64,000 bases of DNA from Christensenellales bacterium (GTDB taxonomy: Bacteria; Bacillota; Clostridia; Christensenellales; CAG-917). Location of the stretch: the NCBI GenBank assembly GCA_045130665.1, contig JBGUQC010000004.1:635217-699216 (forward strand). Direction: 5' to 3'. The notes under the pieces are model-generated. The model saw only the letters and a program-made list of their open reading frames with translations. It searched no databases and was not told where the DNA came from. The position numbers and the translations under genes were made by a program. Shown here in pieces: positions 1 through 10,689 of this stretch. The stretch's first letter is position 1. Each line of letters opens with the position of its first letter.

Positions 1-943
1 CGCAGTCTGGATCAGTTCCGATAACAATATCGGATTTGATTTCATCTGCAAGCTTAACACCTAATGCTAATGCATCTGGTTCTTCTGGATTAGGAACTTT
101 AACTGTTGAGAACTCTGTATCTGGTTTTGCTTGTTCTTCAACTACGTTGAATGGAATGCCCATTCTCTTTAAAATTGTTGTTACTGGCATGTATCCGCTG
201 CCATGAATTGGGGTGTAAACTATCTTTAATGTTTTACCAACTTCTTTTACTGCATCTGGAGATAATGATAATTTTTCAATGGTATCAAAATAATCTGCAT
301 CTAAAGATGCACCAATAACTGTAATATTGTCATCTACCTTGAAATTATCCTTTCCATTAATAACAGAAGCATCTAAAACGATATCTGATTCGGCAATATT
401 GAAATATGGTGTCTTTGAAATATACTCTACGACCTTCTCAGTTGCCTCAGGAGACATTTGAGCACCATCCTCACCATATACCTTATATCCGTTGTATACC
501 TTTGGATTATGAGATGCGGTAATCATTATTCCTGCAATACATCCTAAATGCATAATTGCATATGAACAAAGTGGTACTGGACGAACATTTTCAAATAAGA
601 ATACCTTGATTCCGTTTTGAGATAAAACCCTTGCTGCATGACATGCAAATTCAGAACTCATCTTACGTGTATCATAGCTAATAATAACACCACGTTTTGC
701 TGCATCTGCACCTAATGAATTAATATAATCTGCAAGACCCTTTGTAGCACGTCTTACAGTAAACTTATTCATACGGTTGGTACCAGGAGCAATAACGCCT
801 CTCATACCTGCTGTACCAAATTCTAGTGACTTATAGAAAGCATCTTCTCTTTCTTTTTCATCATAACTATCCAACCATGCAGCACATTCTGCACTGATTT
901 CTTTGCTATTTCGCCATTCGGCATACATTTCTTTCCAGCTCAT
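1..943 (-). CDS. Phosphohexomutase (phosphoglucomutase/phosphomannomutase family), N-terminal ~314 codons; 3' end runs off the window
   Basis: Not in the supplied ORF track because it is truncated. My minus-strand translation from the ATG at 943-941 gives MSWKEMYAEWRNSKE...EFGTAGMRGVI...GIMITASHNPKVYNGYKVYGEDGAQ. This contains the TASHNP phosphoserine loop of alpha-D-phosphohexomutases. Confidence 0.8.
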   Translation of the reverse strand, partial: MSWKEMYAEWRNSKEISAECAAWLDSYDEKEREDAFYKSLEFGTAGMRGVIAPGTNRMNKFTVRRATKGLADYINSLGADAAKRGVIISYDTRKMSSEFACHAARVLSQNGIKVFLFENVRPVPLCSYAIMHLGCIAGIMITASHNPKVYNGYKVYGEDGAQMSPEATEKVVEYISKTPYFNIAESDIVLDASVINGKDNFKVDDNITVIGASLDADYFDTIEKLSLSPDAVKEVGKTLKIVYTPIHGSGYMPVTTILKRMGIPFNVVEEQAKPDTEFSTVKVPNPEEPDALALGVKLADEIKSDIVIGTDPDC

Positions 944-983
944 AGTTTACCTTCCCTTCGTTTTTTATAATAAAATTATAAAT

Positions 984-1802
984 CTAATTATTATTTATAT
1001 TCAACCCTAATTTGACCAATGTCTCTTCAGGAAGAATGCATGTTATATCTCTTTCATCTGGACCATGATAATCTGATCCACCCGTTGCAAGTAGATGATA
1101 TTTGGTAGCATATGTGGTAAATAATTGAACTTCACCTAAACTATGTCCAGGATAATAACATTCCAATCCTCCAAGGCCAACTGGATTTAATTCTTCAATT
1201 AAAGGCTCTAATTCACCAATCATAAAGATTTTCTTTGGATGAGCTATAACTGCAACACCACCATTATCTACGATAGTCTTTACTGCATCCTTTGGTGTTA
1301 ATCTATCTCCTTTAACATATGCGATACCATCTTTCCCAAGATATTTGTTAAACGCTTCATCTATTGATGAAACATATCCTTTTTGTATCATAAGCTTGGC
1401 GATTTTAACCCTTCCGAAGTTTTTAACTCCAAAGTCTATATCAGTTAAATCCACGCCAACTTCTTTTAGTCTCTTTTGTAATTGTAGATTTCTTTCAACC
1501 CTACACTCTTTGCTTCTTTCTAATGCTTTAGTAAACGCAGCATCTTTATATTTGATTCCATATCCAAGGATATGGATTTCATGTTCTGCATATGAACTAA
1601 GCTCTATTCCTGGAATAATCTTGATCCCCTTTTTGGTTGCTGTATCTATTAACTCATCTAAACCATCTACAGTATCATGGTCTGTTAGAGAAGTTACAGA
1701 ATACTTCTTTTCTACTGCTCTATTAATTAATTGAGTAGGAGTTAAGATGCCATCTGAGAAGGTAGAGTGTGTATGTAAATCTACATTGTACATCTTAGTC
1801 AT
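984..1802 (-). CDS. PHP-domain metal-dependent phosphoesterase (TrpH/YciV-like)
   Basis: Starts ..MYNVDLHTHSTFSDG and carries SLTDHDTV, IAHP and GGSDYHG, which are PHP His/Asp motifs. I moved the start to the ATG at 1802, which lies 6 nt after GGAGG; the track start is a GTG at 1820. Confidence 0.75.
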   Translation of the reverse strand: MTKMYNVDLHTHSTFSDGILTPTQLINRAVEKKYSVTSLTDHDTVDGLDELIDTATKKGIKIIPGIELSSYAEHEIHILGYGIKYKDAAFTKALERSKECRVERNLQLQKRLKEVGVDLTDIDFGVKNFGRVKIAKLMIQKGYVSSIDEAFNKYLGKDGIAYVKGDRLTPKDAVKTIVDNGGVAVIAHPKKIFMIGELEPLIEELNPVGLGGLECYYPGHSLGEVQLFTTYATKYHLLATGGSDYHGPDERDITCILPEETLVKLGLNINNN

Positions 1803-3066
1803 CATTATCCTCCAACACACCTAATTGTGGGATTTCTGGGTCTTCTGTATCTATAAATGGAGTTCCAGTTCCATCTAAAGATGAAACTTTGTTCAAAGTC
1901 TTTTGAATATGTGTATTCTTTTTTCTTGCATCTTCTAAAGATACTTGAAGTGTTGATATATTTTTGCTCATCTTGTCTAGGTATTCTTCAAACTTGCTGA
2001 AATCTTTTTGGAATTTAACCAAAACATCTGCTATTTCTTTACTTCTCTTCTCCATAGCCATAGTCTTAAATCCCACTCTAAGAGAGTTTAATAAAGCTGC
2101 TGTAGTAGATGGCCCACCAACAATAATTCTATATTGATTTTGAAGCGTTTCTAATAGTCCTGGCTGCTTTGCAATCTCTGCATATAAGCCTTCTGTTGGA
2201 AGATACATTACGGCAAAATCTGTTGTGATTGGAGGCTTGATGTATTTCTCTGAAATTGACTTAGCCTGGTTTTTTACAGATGAAATGAGTGCTTTAAGTG
2301 CCGATTCTGTCAAATCCTTGTCTCCGGACTCTGATGCGGAAATCAATCTTTCATAATCTGCAAGAGGGAATTTAGCATCCATTGGAAGGATTACATTACC
2401 ATTGTCTTTTCCTGGTAGAATAATAGCGAAGTCAACACCACCTTGCTCGCCAGTTTTCTTATCTATTGCATACTGTGCTCTATACTGTTCTGGTGACAAG
2501 ATTTGTGATAGTAAGCTTTCTAGGGATACTTCACCCCATGTACCTCTTGTCTTTACATTATTGAATATTCCGTTTAAATCTTTTACGGATGATTGAAGGG
2601 TTTGAAGTTCTGCTAAGCTTTGTCCAAGTTCAGCCATTCTATCTGTTACTTGCTTAAATGATGCATTAAATCTCTTTTCGATGTTTTCTGAGAGCTTTTG
2701 GTCTACAACTTCTCTCATCTTTTCCATCTCAATAGTATTTTCTTGACGCATTCTATTAATGGTCTCGTTATTATCCTTTCTTATAGCATCAATTTTGACG
2801 TCTATATTAGACATAAATGCATCAAAACGAGCTGTTAATTGGTTAAGACTACCAGTTAGCATCTCAATTCTTGTTGCATTGATGGCATTTATACTATTTA
2901 CTGAACTTATTATTTCATTTTTTTGCCTATCCATATCTCCAAGTAATAGTGAATCATTGTTATTTGCAGGTGCACTCTTCTTTTTTATGAGAATTACAAG
3001 CAATGCAATAACAACTAATACTAAAACTATTGATATAGCCAGCATTACATATTCAACTATGTTCAT
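1795..3066 (-). CDS. rmuC: DNA recombination protein RmuC
   Basis: 423 aa with an N-terminal TM helix, a long coiled coil, and a C-terminal VDFAIILPG...MDAKFPL..Y..L region typical of the RmuC family. Confidence 0.8.
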   Translation of the reverse strand: MNIVEYVMLAISIVLVLVVIALLVILIKKKSAPANNNDSLLLGDMDRQKNEIISSVNSINAINATRIEMLTGSLNQLTARFDAFMSNIDVKIDAIRKDNNETINRMRQENTIEMEKMREVVDQKLSENIEKRFNASFKQVTDRMAELGQSLAELQTLQSSVKDLNGIFNNVKTRGTWGEVSLESLLSQILSPEQYRAQYAIDKKTGEQGGVDFAIILPGKDNGNVILPMDAKFPLADYERLISASESGDKDLTESALKALISSVKNQAKSISEKYIKPPITTDFAVMYLPTEGLYAEIAKQPGLLETLQNQYRIIVGGPSTTAALLNSLRVGFKTMAMEKRSKEIADVLVKFQKDFSKFEEYLDKMSKNISTLQVSLEDARKKNTHIQKTLNKVSSLDGTGTPFIDTEDPEIPQLGVLEDNDD

Positions 3067-3076
3067 TTATATACCT

Positions 3077-4501
3077 CTACTTTTTTATTTTCTTTCTCAA
3101 ATACTCTAGAGCATGATCTCTGTCATTTAAAGTATTGTTCATAACAGTATCTCTCCAAAGTTCATACAAGGCCATTCCTCTTTCACATTCTGGGTATCCC
3201 ATAGCAATTAAGTCATCTCCATTTACTTTTAAGTCTTTAATACCCATTGGTACGCCCTCTTGCTTCATCTGTTCAAATAAAACAGCCCATCTTAGTTCTG
3301 GTCTTATTTTTTGTGAAGCAAAGGTGTCTGCGGCCTTTAAATCGATTAGCTGTGGCATTAGTTTTGATTTTTCTGCCATAAACCAACGAAGTTTGCTTTC
3401 ACTTGTCTCATCATCGATGTCATACATATGATTTCTAATCAAAGCACAGATATCTCTTGCTCTTATTTTTGGGAAACGTAATCTATTACAAATATCATCC
3501 ATCATATCTGCACCCATTATTGCATGCATATACATCTTCCCATATTTATCCATACTTGGCTTTTTACCGATATCATGGAATAATGCTGCCCATCTTATTT
3601 CTGGCACAGATACTCTATATGCTTCAAGCGAATGATCATATGCATCATATATATGCCACTTGGCAGATTGTTTAAGTCCTTTAAGCGCTGTTAGTTCTGG
3701 GAACAGTATTTCCAAAACGCCTAGTTCATCTAGCATTTTTATACCGATAAAGTGTGCGTTATGTAAAATGTCGGTTTCGTCCTTACCCTCAACACCAGGG
3801 CTTCCATCGTTCCCTTTTCCAGCATATGCTGAGATAAATCCATCCCTCTCAAACACTCTTCCATGTGCTGTATCAGCTACGAAAATCTTATCTAACTCAA
3901 CTAGTATTCTTTCTGGAGATAAGTCTTTTATTCTCCATACATTATCTTTTGCTACCTGCCATGTTTTTGGATCTATACTAAAACCTAACTCTGCTGCAAA
4001 ACGAACCATTCTTAAGATTCTAAGACCATCCGCCTCAAAGACTATATTTGGATCTGTGACTGTTTTAATAACTTTGTTATTAATATCATCAACACCACCA
4101 ACTAAATCAACTAGTTCATTCTTTAATATGTCCAAATACAAAGAGTTACATGTAAAATCTCTTCGTAGTGCATCTTCTTTAATATCATCTGTGAATTTTA
4201 CGGTATCTGGTCTATGCTTACCACTTCCTTCTTTGTATGAATCTACTCTAAACGTAGTGTATTCAGCCTTAAAGCCATGGGATGTAATTACTATTGTACC
4301 CATTCTTAAGTCCTTATTTTGTACCGTAAATTCTGTCCCTTTTAAAAACTCCCTAACTTTAGCTGCATCTAAAGATGCACATACATCTATATCACCAGAT
4401 TGTATGTTTAAAATATCATCTCTTACAAAACCACCTACAGCGTATAGTGGTGCATATGGAGCAAATTTTTCAGCTAAAGATAAAAGTTTGTTATTTTTCA
4501 T
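3077..4501 (-). CDS. cca: CCA-adding tRNA nucleotidyltransferase / poly(A) polymerase family with C-terminal HD domain
   Basis: GGFVRDDILN..SGDIDV is the GGxVRD...DxD head-domain motif. RDFTCNSL and LFHDIGK (HD) are also present. Confidence 0.75.
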   Translation of the reverse strand: MKNNKLLSLAEKFAPYAPLYAVGGFVRDDILNIQSGDIDVCASLDAAKVREFLKGTEFTVQNKDLRMGTIVITSHGFKAEYTTFRVDSYKEGSGKHRPDTVKFTDDIKEDALRRDFTCNSLYLDILKNELVDLVGGVDDINNKVIKTVTDPNIVFEADGLRILRMVRFAAELGFSIDPKTWQVAKDNVWRIKDLSPERILVELDKIFVADTAHGRVFERDGFISAYAGKGNDGSPGVEGKDETDILHNAHFIGIKMLDELGVLEILFPELTALKGLKQSAKWHIYDAYDHSLEAYRVSVPEIRWAALFHDIGKKPSMDKYGKMYMHAIMGADMMDDICNRLRFPKIRARDICALIRNHMYDIDDETSESKLRWFMAEKSKLMPQLIDLKAADTFASQKIRPELRWAVLFEQMKQEGVPMGIKDLKVNGDDLIAMGYPECERGMALYELWRDTVMNNTLNDRDHALEYLRKKIKK

Positions 4502-5036
4502 ATACCTCAGGTGCTAAAATACAGATATCTGGTAAATTTCTGTATCTCTCATTATAATCTAATCCATAACCAACTATGAATTCATTTGGTACTGTGAATC
4601 CGATATAATCGGATTTAATATCTGCAGTTCTTCTTTCTGGTTTATCAATACATGCACAAATCTTAATAGATTTTGGATTACGTGCAAGTAACATTTTCTT
4701 TAAATAGCTAAGTGTTACACCTGTATCCATAATATCTTCAACAATAATTACATTTTCACCATCTATTGTTGATGATAAATCTTTAACTAGTTTAACTTCA
4801 CCACTTGTAGTGGTGCCTGCGCCATAACTTGAAACAGCAATGAAGTCTATCTCACATGGAATAGTAATTTGTCTTAATAGATCTGCAAAGAATACGGATG
4901 CCCCTCTTAAAATACAGATAAGAGTGAGTTTTTCTCCCTTATAGTCTTCGCTAATTTGCTTTCCAAGCTCTTCAACTCTTTTTTGCAATTGTTCTTTTGT
5001 AATTAAAATCTTTGCTATATCTTTTGAATATTGCAT
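4491..5036 (-). CDS. hpt: Hypoxanthine-guanine phosphoribosyltransferase
   Basis: 181 aa. VIIVEDIMDTGVTL is the PRPP-binding loop, and GFTVPNEFIVGYGLDYNERYRNLP is the canonical Hpt C-terminus. Confidence 0.9.
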   Translation of the reverse strand: MQYSKDIAKILITKEQLQKRVEELGKQISEDYKGEKLTLICILRGASVFFADLLRQITIPCEIDFIAVSSYGAGTTTSGEVKLVKDLSSTIDGENVIIVEDIMDTGVTLSYLKKMLLARNPKSIKICACIDKPERRTADIKSDYIGFTVPNEFIVGYGLDYNERYRNLPDICILAPEVYEK

Positions 5037-5047
5037 TTTGCACCTCT

Positions 5048-6376
5048 CTATTTATTACTAATCTTTATAACCTGTTTTGTTTTGTCATCTATTGCTACTT
5101 TTGATGATATTTCTATGCCAAATACGCATAAGACATCATTATCTTTAGCACAGACTATGATTTTATCTCGTAATCTTAGTGGTATTTTCTTATCTGTTAA
5201 AAAATCTCCTAGAGATTTTGTTCCACCACCAAATTTGGAAATAAAATCGCCATCTTGTCTATTTCTAACAAGGGCATCTACTGGAATCTTATCCAAATCC
5301 ATATAAATTGTTTTACTTAAATTATTAAAATTGCCGTGTATAATTCTTAAAGAATTATCATCTGGAATTTCATTTAACTTTTCGACACTATAATTTAGTA
5401 TTTTCCCACCTAAAACATCTTTAAATGGAATGCATACATCTATTTTTTCTGTTCTTTTGGTAAATACAATCTTATCTTCTTCTTTATAAGCATCTGCACT
5501 ATGAGATAGTTCTCTTCTAGAGCCATTTTCTTTTGTTGTAAGATTTAATACTGCCTCAATATGCTTTTCTTCAACATCTTGAATAACACCAATACATCTC
5601 ATGGCCTTTTGTATTAGTCTAGAAGCGATTGCTCTATCTTTTAGGTCTACTATATTAATAGTAGCCGTATCTCCATCTACAATAGGTTCTGGAACGAATT
5701 TAGATATAAAGTCTTCTGCATCATTAGCATTACGAGCAAGCCTTAAGAAAGATTCTTCAATATTTGGATATTTTTCTTTTAACTTATTAATCTCTTGTCT
5801 TAAGAAGTTTCTTGTATATATATCCTCAGCGTTTGTAAGGTCTTCTACATATGGAATATCATTTGCAATGACATAGTCATTGATATCATCTCTAGTATAT
5901 TCTAGAAGAGGTCTAACATAGTATCTGTTTTGAATTTGCATACCTTCTAATCCCTTAATACCAGTTCCACGAAGAATACGCATTAAGATAGTTTCAGCTT
6001 GATCATTTGCATGATGAGCAAGGGCTATACAATCTACAACGCCATCTTTAATTAGGCTATCAAAGACCTCATATCTTGCTATTCTTGCTGCTTGTTCTAA
6101 TGATAATCCTTTCTCTTTTGCAATCTTTGGTGCATCTATTCTATATATTTTTAATTCTATATTATGCTTTAAAGCATAATCTTTTACAAAATTCATATCT
6201 GATATAGAATCATCTCCTCTAATTCCATGTTCAATATGAATTGCCAAAGGAGAAATACCTGCATCTACAAGTACAGATAATAAACACATAGAATCTCTTC
6301 CACCAGAAAGAGCTACGCCGACTTTTTTTCCTTCAAATAATGAAGTGTCTACAAGTATCTTTTTCATTAGAAACAA
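5048..6376 (-). CDS. tilS: tRNA(Ile)-lysidine synthase
   Basis: Contains the VALSGGRDSMCLL PP-loop (SGGxDS). Length and position immediately upstream of hpt match the conserved tilS-hpt pair. Confidence 0.85.
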   Translation of the reverse strand: MFLMKKILVDTSLFEGKKVGVALSGGRDSMCLLSVLVDAGISPLAIHIEHGIRGDDSISDMNFVKDYALKHNIELKIYRIDAPKIAKEKGLSLEQAARIARYEVFDSLIKDGVVDCIALAHHANDQAETILMRILRGTGIKGLEGMQIQNRYYVRPLLEYTRDDINDYVIANDIPYVEDLTNAEDIYTRNFLRQEINKLKEKYPNIEESFLRLARNANDAEDFISKFVPEPIVDGDTATINIVDLKDRAIASRLIQKAMRCIGVIQDVEEKHIEAVLNLTTKENGSRRELSHSADAYKEEDKIVFTKRTEKIDVCIPFKDVLGGKILNYSVEKLNEIPDDNSLRIIHGNFNNLSKTIYMDLDKIPVDALVRNRQDGDFISKFGGGTKSLGDFLTDKKIPLRLRDKIIVCAKDNDVLCVFGIEISSKVAIDDKTKQVIKISNK

Positions 6377-6446
6377 TTACCTATTATTAAAAATCTATCT
6401 TCGAAAAATATTATATCACAAAATACCACTTTTTGAGAAGATATTA

Positions 6447-6476
6447 TAAAAAAAGAGAGCAACAAATGTGCTCTCT
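6447..6476 (-). terminator. Rho-independent terminator after argF
   Basis: 8-bp stem AGAGAGCA (6454-6461) pairs with TGCTCTCT (6469-6476). On the minus strand it is followed by a T7 run (the A-run at 6447-6453). Confidence 0.6.
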
Positions 6477-6497
6477 TAGTATTTAATATAAATATAA

Positions 6498-7418
6498 TTA
6501 TGCTTTGACCTTATCTGGTGCCATTAAATGAACCATAACAGCCTTTTGAGCATGTAGTCTGTTTTCTGCCTCATCAAAGATTTCTGCTGCATGTGCTTCA
6601 AAGACATCATTTGTGATTTCTTCTTCTCTATGAGCTGGTAAACAATGTAAAACCATTGCATCTGGTTTAGCAACTGCCATAACATCAGCATTAATTTGGA
6701 ATCCTTTGAAAGCTTTTTCTCTAATTGCCTTCTCACTTTCTTGTCCCATACTTGCCCAAACATCTGTATAAAGAACATCTGCATCCTTGCAAGCTTCTAA
6801 AACGTTGTTAGTAATTGTGAGTTTGCCTAATTCAGTACCCCATTTGATAATATCTGCATCTGGCTTGTAGTCATCTGGGCATGCAATTGTTACAGACATA
6901 CCTGTTTTAATACCACCAACTATTAATGAGTTAGCCATATTATTACCATCTCCAACAAAAGTCATCTTTAATCCCTTTAAAGAACCCTTATATTCACGAA
7001 TAGTCATGATGTCTGCAAGAACTTGGCATGGATGACAATAATCTGTAAGACCATTAATAATAGGTATATCACCATATTTTGCTAAATTCTCAACATCTTC
7101 TTGAGCGAATGTTCTAATCATGATACAGTCTACCATTCTAGATAAAACTCTTGCTGTATCTTGAATTGGTTCACCTCTACCGATTTGAAGATCATGTGTT
7201 GATAAGAATAGTCCTTGTCCGCCTAATTGGAAAATACCTGTCTCAAAAGAAACACGTGTTCTTGTTGATGCTTTAGCGAATATCATTGCAAGAGTTTTGT
7301 TCTTACAATAATGGTGTTCAATACCATTCTTTAATTCAAACTTTAATTGGTCTGCAGTATTTAAAATTGCAGTAATTTCTTGTTCTGTTAAATCACCGAG
7401 TTTTAGCAAATTCTTCAT
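6498..7418 (-). CDS. argF: Ornithine carbamoyltransferase
   Basis: Carries the STRTRVSFE, HPCQ, DVWASMG and HCLPA motifs. Confidence 0.9.
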   Translation of the reverse strand: MKNLLKLGDLTEQEITAILNTADQLKFELKNGIEHHYCKNKTLAMIFAKASTRTRVSFETGIFQLGGQGLFLSTHDLQIGRGEPIQDTARVLSRMVDCIMIRTFAQEDVENLAKYGDIPIINGLTDYCHPCQVLADIMTIREYKGSLKGLKMTFVGDGNNMANSLIVGGIKTGMSVTIACPDDYKPDADIIKWGTELGKLTITNNVLEACKDADVLYTDVWASMGQESEKAIREKAFKGFQINADVMAVAKPDAMVLHCLPAHREEEITNDVFEAHAAEIFDEAENRLHAQKAVMVHLMAPDKVKA

Positions 7419-8569
7419 TTTAACACCTCACATAGTATAGATAAACCCTTTGTTAGGGAATTATCATCAATATTCAATGGTGGCAATAATCTTACTCTAT
7501 CGTGTGCTGTTAACACCACCAATTTCTTCTTTAAGCACTTTTGTAGAACCTTCTTTGCATCGTCTACTTCAATGCCTATCATAAGTCCCAAACCGGACAC
7601 GCTCTTTACTTTTGAGCACTTTAATAATGCCTCTTTTATTATCTCACTCTTTCTTTGAACATCCTTTAAAAGAGCATCATCTATTTGGTCTATTGTTGCA
7701 ATTGCACCTGCACATGCAAGTAAATTTGCACCAAATGTAGATCCATGTGTACCTGGTGTTAATACATTTTCTGTCTTTTCATTAAACATACAAGCACCAA
7801 TTGGTATACCATTAGCAAGACCCTTTGCTGTAGTCAAGATATCTGGTTTGATTCCGTATTGTTCATATGCAAAGAATGTGCCTGTTCTTCCATTTCCTGT
7901 TTGAACTTCATCAATAATAAGAAGAGTATCTTTGCTCTTTGCAAATTCTTCCACTTTCTTTACATAATCCTTATCTAAAGCAACAACACCGCCCTCACCT
8001 TGAACCAATTCAAACATGATTGCACAAGTATTGTCATCGCAAGCTTCCTTTAAGGCATCTATATTTCCTGCCTCAACGTATTTAAATCCATCTAAGAATG
8101 GATTAAAGAACTTATGAAGACTATCTTGACCTGTTGCAGTAAGAGTTGCCATAGTACGTCCATGGAACGAATTAACCAATGTTATGATATCTGTGCCCTT
8201 TCCTTTATCGGATGCATACTTTCTTGCTGTCTTTATTGCACATTCATTAGCTTCTGCACCAGAATTTCCAAAGAAAACTTTTTTCATTCCTGCTTTTTTA
8301 CATAATTTTTCAGCTAAAACTGCGCATGGCTCAGAATAATATAGATTAGATGTGTGTGCTATTGTTTTTACTTGTTTAGTTACAGCATCTACCCATGCTT
8401 TGTTATTATGTCCCAAACCATTAACTGCTATACCAGCACCGAAATCTATATATCTCTTGCCTTTATCGTCATACAAATAACTACCCTTACCTTTTACAAA
8501 GGTAACATCTTGACGTGCATATGTGTGAACGATATATTCACTATCTAATTGTTTTGTATTTTCTGCCAT
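7415..8569 (-). CDS. argD: Acetylornithine aminotransferase
   Basis: Class III aminotransferase with GSGAEANE, LIIDEVQTG.GRTG and TTAKGLANG (PLP lysine). I moved the start to MAENTK (ATG at 8569), 1 nt after the argB stop. Confidence 0.85.
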   Translation of the reverse strand: MAENTKQLDSEYIVHTYARQDVTFVKGKGSYLYDDKGKRYIDFGAGIAVNGLGHNNKAWVDAVTKQVKTIAHTSNLYYSEPCAVLAEKLCKKAGMKKVFFGNSGAEANECAIKTARKYASDKGKGTDIITLVNSFHGRTMATLTATGQDSLHKFFNPFLDGFKYVEAGNIDALKEACDDNTCAIMFELVQGEGGVVALDKDYVKKVEEFAKSKDTLLIIDEVQTGNGRTGTFFAYEQYGIKPDILTTAKGLANGIPIGACMFNEKTENVLTPGTHGSTFGANLLACAGAIATIDQIDDALLKDVQRKSEIIKEALLKCSKVKSVSGLGLMIGIEVDDAKKVLQKCLKKKLVVLTAHDRVRLLPPLNIDDNSLTKGLSILCEVLK

Positions 8570-8570
8570 A

Positions 8571-9425
8571 TTAATAGAACATTGTGCCCATACCTTCATT
8601 GGTGAGCATTTCAATAATGATTGCGTGTGGTTTGCGTCCGTCTATAATAAAGACGTGTTTTGCACCACGACGTATTGCTTCTTGACTTCCTAAAACCTTT
8701 GGAACCATACCGCCAGATACGATACCTTCTTTAATAAGTTCTGGAATCTCGCTTGCACTAACTGCAGATATTACAGATGTTTCATCATCCTTATCTTTCA
8801 GCAATCCTGGAGTATCTGTCATGCTAAATAAAGCCATTGCTTTTAATTCGCCTGCAATACGAGCTGCAGCTGTATCTGCATTAATATTATATGCATTACC
8901 ATCTGCATCTACACCGATTGTACTGATAATAGGAATGATGTCGTTATCTAATTCTTGATTAATCAATGTTGTATCTACAGATAAGATATCTCCAACATAT
9001 TCAAGATTTGGATCCTTTTGTTTAACTTTAATCATGCCACCATCGATACCACAAAGGCCTACGGCCTTTCCACCGAAGGATTGAACCAATCCAACCAAGT
9101 CTTTTCCGACCTTTCCAGCAAGAATCATTTGTACAACATCCATTGTGGCCTTATCTGTCTTTCTGAAACCATCAATAAATTCAGACTTGATGCCCAATTT
9201 ATCAAGCATATCATTAATTTCTGGTCCGCCACCATGAACCAATACAACCTTAACACCTACTTGATGAAGAAGAACTATATCTTGCATTACAGTTTTCTTA
9301 ATATCTTCATCTTTCATTGCGCTTCCGCCAAATTTAATAACAACTTTTTGACCATTATATTTTTGAATATGTGGTAAAGCTTCTACTAAAATTTGAGCCT
9401 TTTGTGAATTAGAAGTATTTTCCAT
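8571..9425 (-). CDS. argB: Acetylglutamate kinase
   Basis: VVIKFGGSAM, VLVHGGGP and YNINADTAA are amino-acid kinase family motifs. Confidence 0.9.
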   Translation of the reverse strand: MENTSNSQKAQILVEALPHIQKYNGQKVVIKFGGSAMKDEDIKKTVMQDIVLLHQVGVKVVLVHGGGPEINDMLDKLGIKSEFIDGFRKTDKATMDVVQMILAGKVGKDLVGLVQSFGGKAVGLCGIDGGMIKVKQKDPNLEYVGDILSVDTTLINQELDNDIIPIISTIGVDADGNAYNINADTAAARIAGELKAMALFSMTDTPGLLKDKDDETSVISAVSASEIPELIKEGIVSGGMVPKVLGSQEAIRRGAKHVFIIDGRKPHAIIIEMLTNEGMGTMFY

Positions 9426-9441
9426 ATCTATTTCTCCTTAA

Positions 9442-10656
9442 TTACGTACGATAATCTCCATTGATTTTAACATAATCATATGTTAAATCACATCCCCAAG
9501 CTGTTGCACTTGCATTTCCATCTCTTAAGATAACCTTAATTAAGATTTCATCCTCAAGAAGAACTACTTTTGCTGTATCTTCATCAAATGGAATGCCAGA
9601 TCCTTGTCTACAAACAGGAACGCTTCCTTTGGAAGAAACAAAATCTACATCCACTTTATTAATATCTACATCTGCACCAGAATAACCGATTGCACATAAA
9701 ACTCTTCCCCAGTTTGCATCTGATCCAAACATTGCAGCCTTAACTAAGTTAGACATAATAACGCTTTTTGCAATTATTTTTGCATTTTGAATGTCTTTTG
9801 CACCTGTTATTTCGCATTCTACTAGTTTTGTGGCACCTTCTCCATCTTTTGCCATCATCTTGCAAAGCTTTTGTGTACACATTGCTAGAGCATCTTTAAA
9901 GACTAAATAGTCTTTATTTTCCGAGTCTATCTCTTTATTTCCTGCTAAACCATTTGCAAGCAAGACCAACATATCATTTGTTGATGTGTCTCCATCTACA
10001 GAAACCATATTGAAAGAATCTTTTACATCTTCTTTAATAAGTTGTTCTAGCATTTTAGATGATATTGCGACATCTGATGTAAGGTATACAAGCATTGTAG
10101 CCATATTTGGACGAATCATACCAGAACCCTTAGCAATTCCACCAACATGGCAAATCTTTCCATCTAATTCAAACTCAACAGCAACACTCTTTTCCTTTGT
10201 ATCTGTTGTCATAATAGCTTGGTTAGCATCTGAAGATTTGTTATATGCAAGTCCTGCAACTAATTCATCTATACCATTTTCAAAAGGTTCCAAAGACATT
10301 TCCATGCCTATAACGCCAGTGCTTCCAACTATAACATCGTTAGCTGAAATACCCATCGCTTTTTCAACAAGATTGGCCATTCCTTCAGCAATCTCAATAC
10401 CATTTGCATTACAAGTATTAGCATTACCACTATTGCAAATAATTGCTTGAGCCTTGCCATTTTTTAGGTGCTCTTTAGACACAATAAGTGGTGCACCTTT
10501 AACTAAATTAGTTGTATAAACACCAGCAGCATTGCATAGTACATCTGAGACAATAAGTGCTACGTCTTTCTTATCTCTATTCTTTCTTACGCCACAATGT
10601 ATTCCGTTTGCTTTGAATCCATATGACGCACAAACTCCACCTTCTACAAATTTCAT
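9442..10656 (-). CDS. argJ: Bifunctional glutamate N-acetyltransferase / amino-acid acetyltransferase
   Basis: 404 aa. Contains the autoprocessing site ..PNMATMLVYLTSD and ends in YVKINGDYRT. Confidence 0.9.
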   Translation of the reverse strand: MKFVEGGVCASYGFKANGIHCGVRKNRDKKDVALIVSDVLCNAAGVYTTNLVKGAPLIVSKEHLKNGKAQAIICNSGNANTCNANGIEIAEGMANLVEKAMGISANDVIVGSTGVIGMEMSLEPFENGIDELVAGLAYNKSSDANQAIMTTDTKEKSVAVEFELDGKICHVGGIAKGSGMIRPNMATMLVYLTSDVAISSKMLEQLIKEDVKDSFNMVSVDGDTSTNDMLVLLANGLAGNKEIDSENKDYLVFKDALAMCTQKLCKMMAKDGEGATKLVECEITGAKDIQNAKIIAKSVIMSNLVKAAMFGSDANWGRVLCAIGYSGADVDINKVDVDFVSSKGSVPVCRQGSGIPFDEDTAKVVLLEDEILIKVILRDGNASATAWGCDLTYDYVKINGDYRT

Positions 10657-10689
10657 GTTATCGCAATACTCCTATTTTATATTCTCATT

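Noticed and set aside
3660-4517. 285-aa plus-strand ORF antisense to cca, together with similar shadow ORFs at 25711-26403, 9986-10450, 11312-11734 and 18123-18539
   Set aside because: All sit opposite well-supported genes and have Ser/Ile/Leu/Phe-rich nonsense-like translations. No independent start signals are present.
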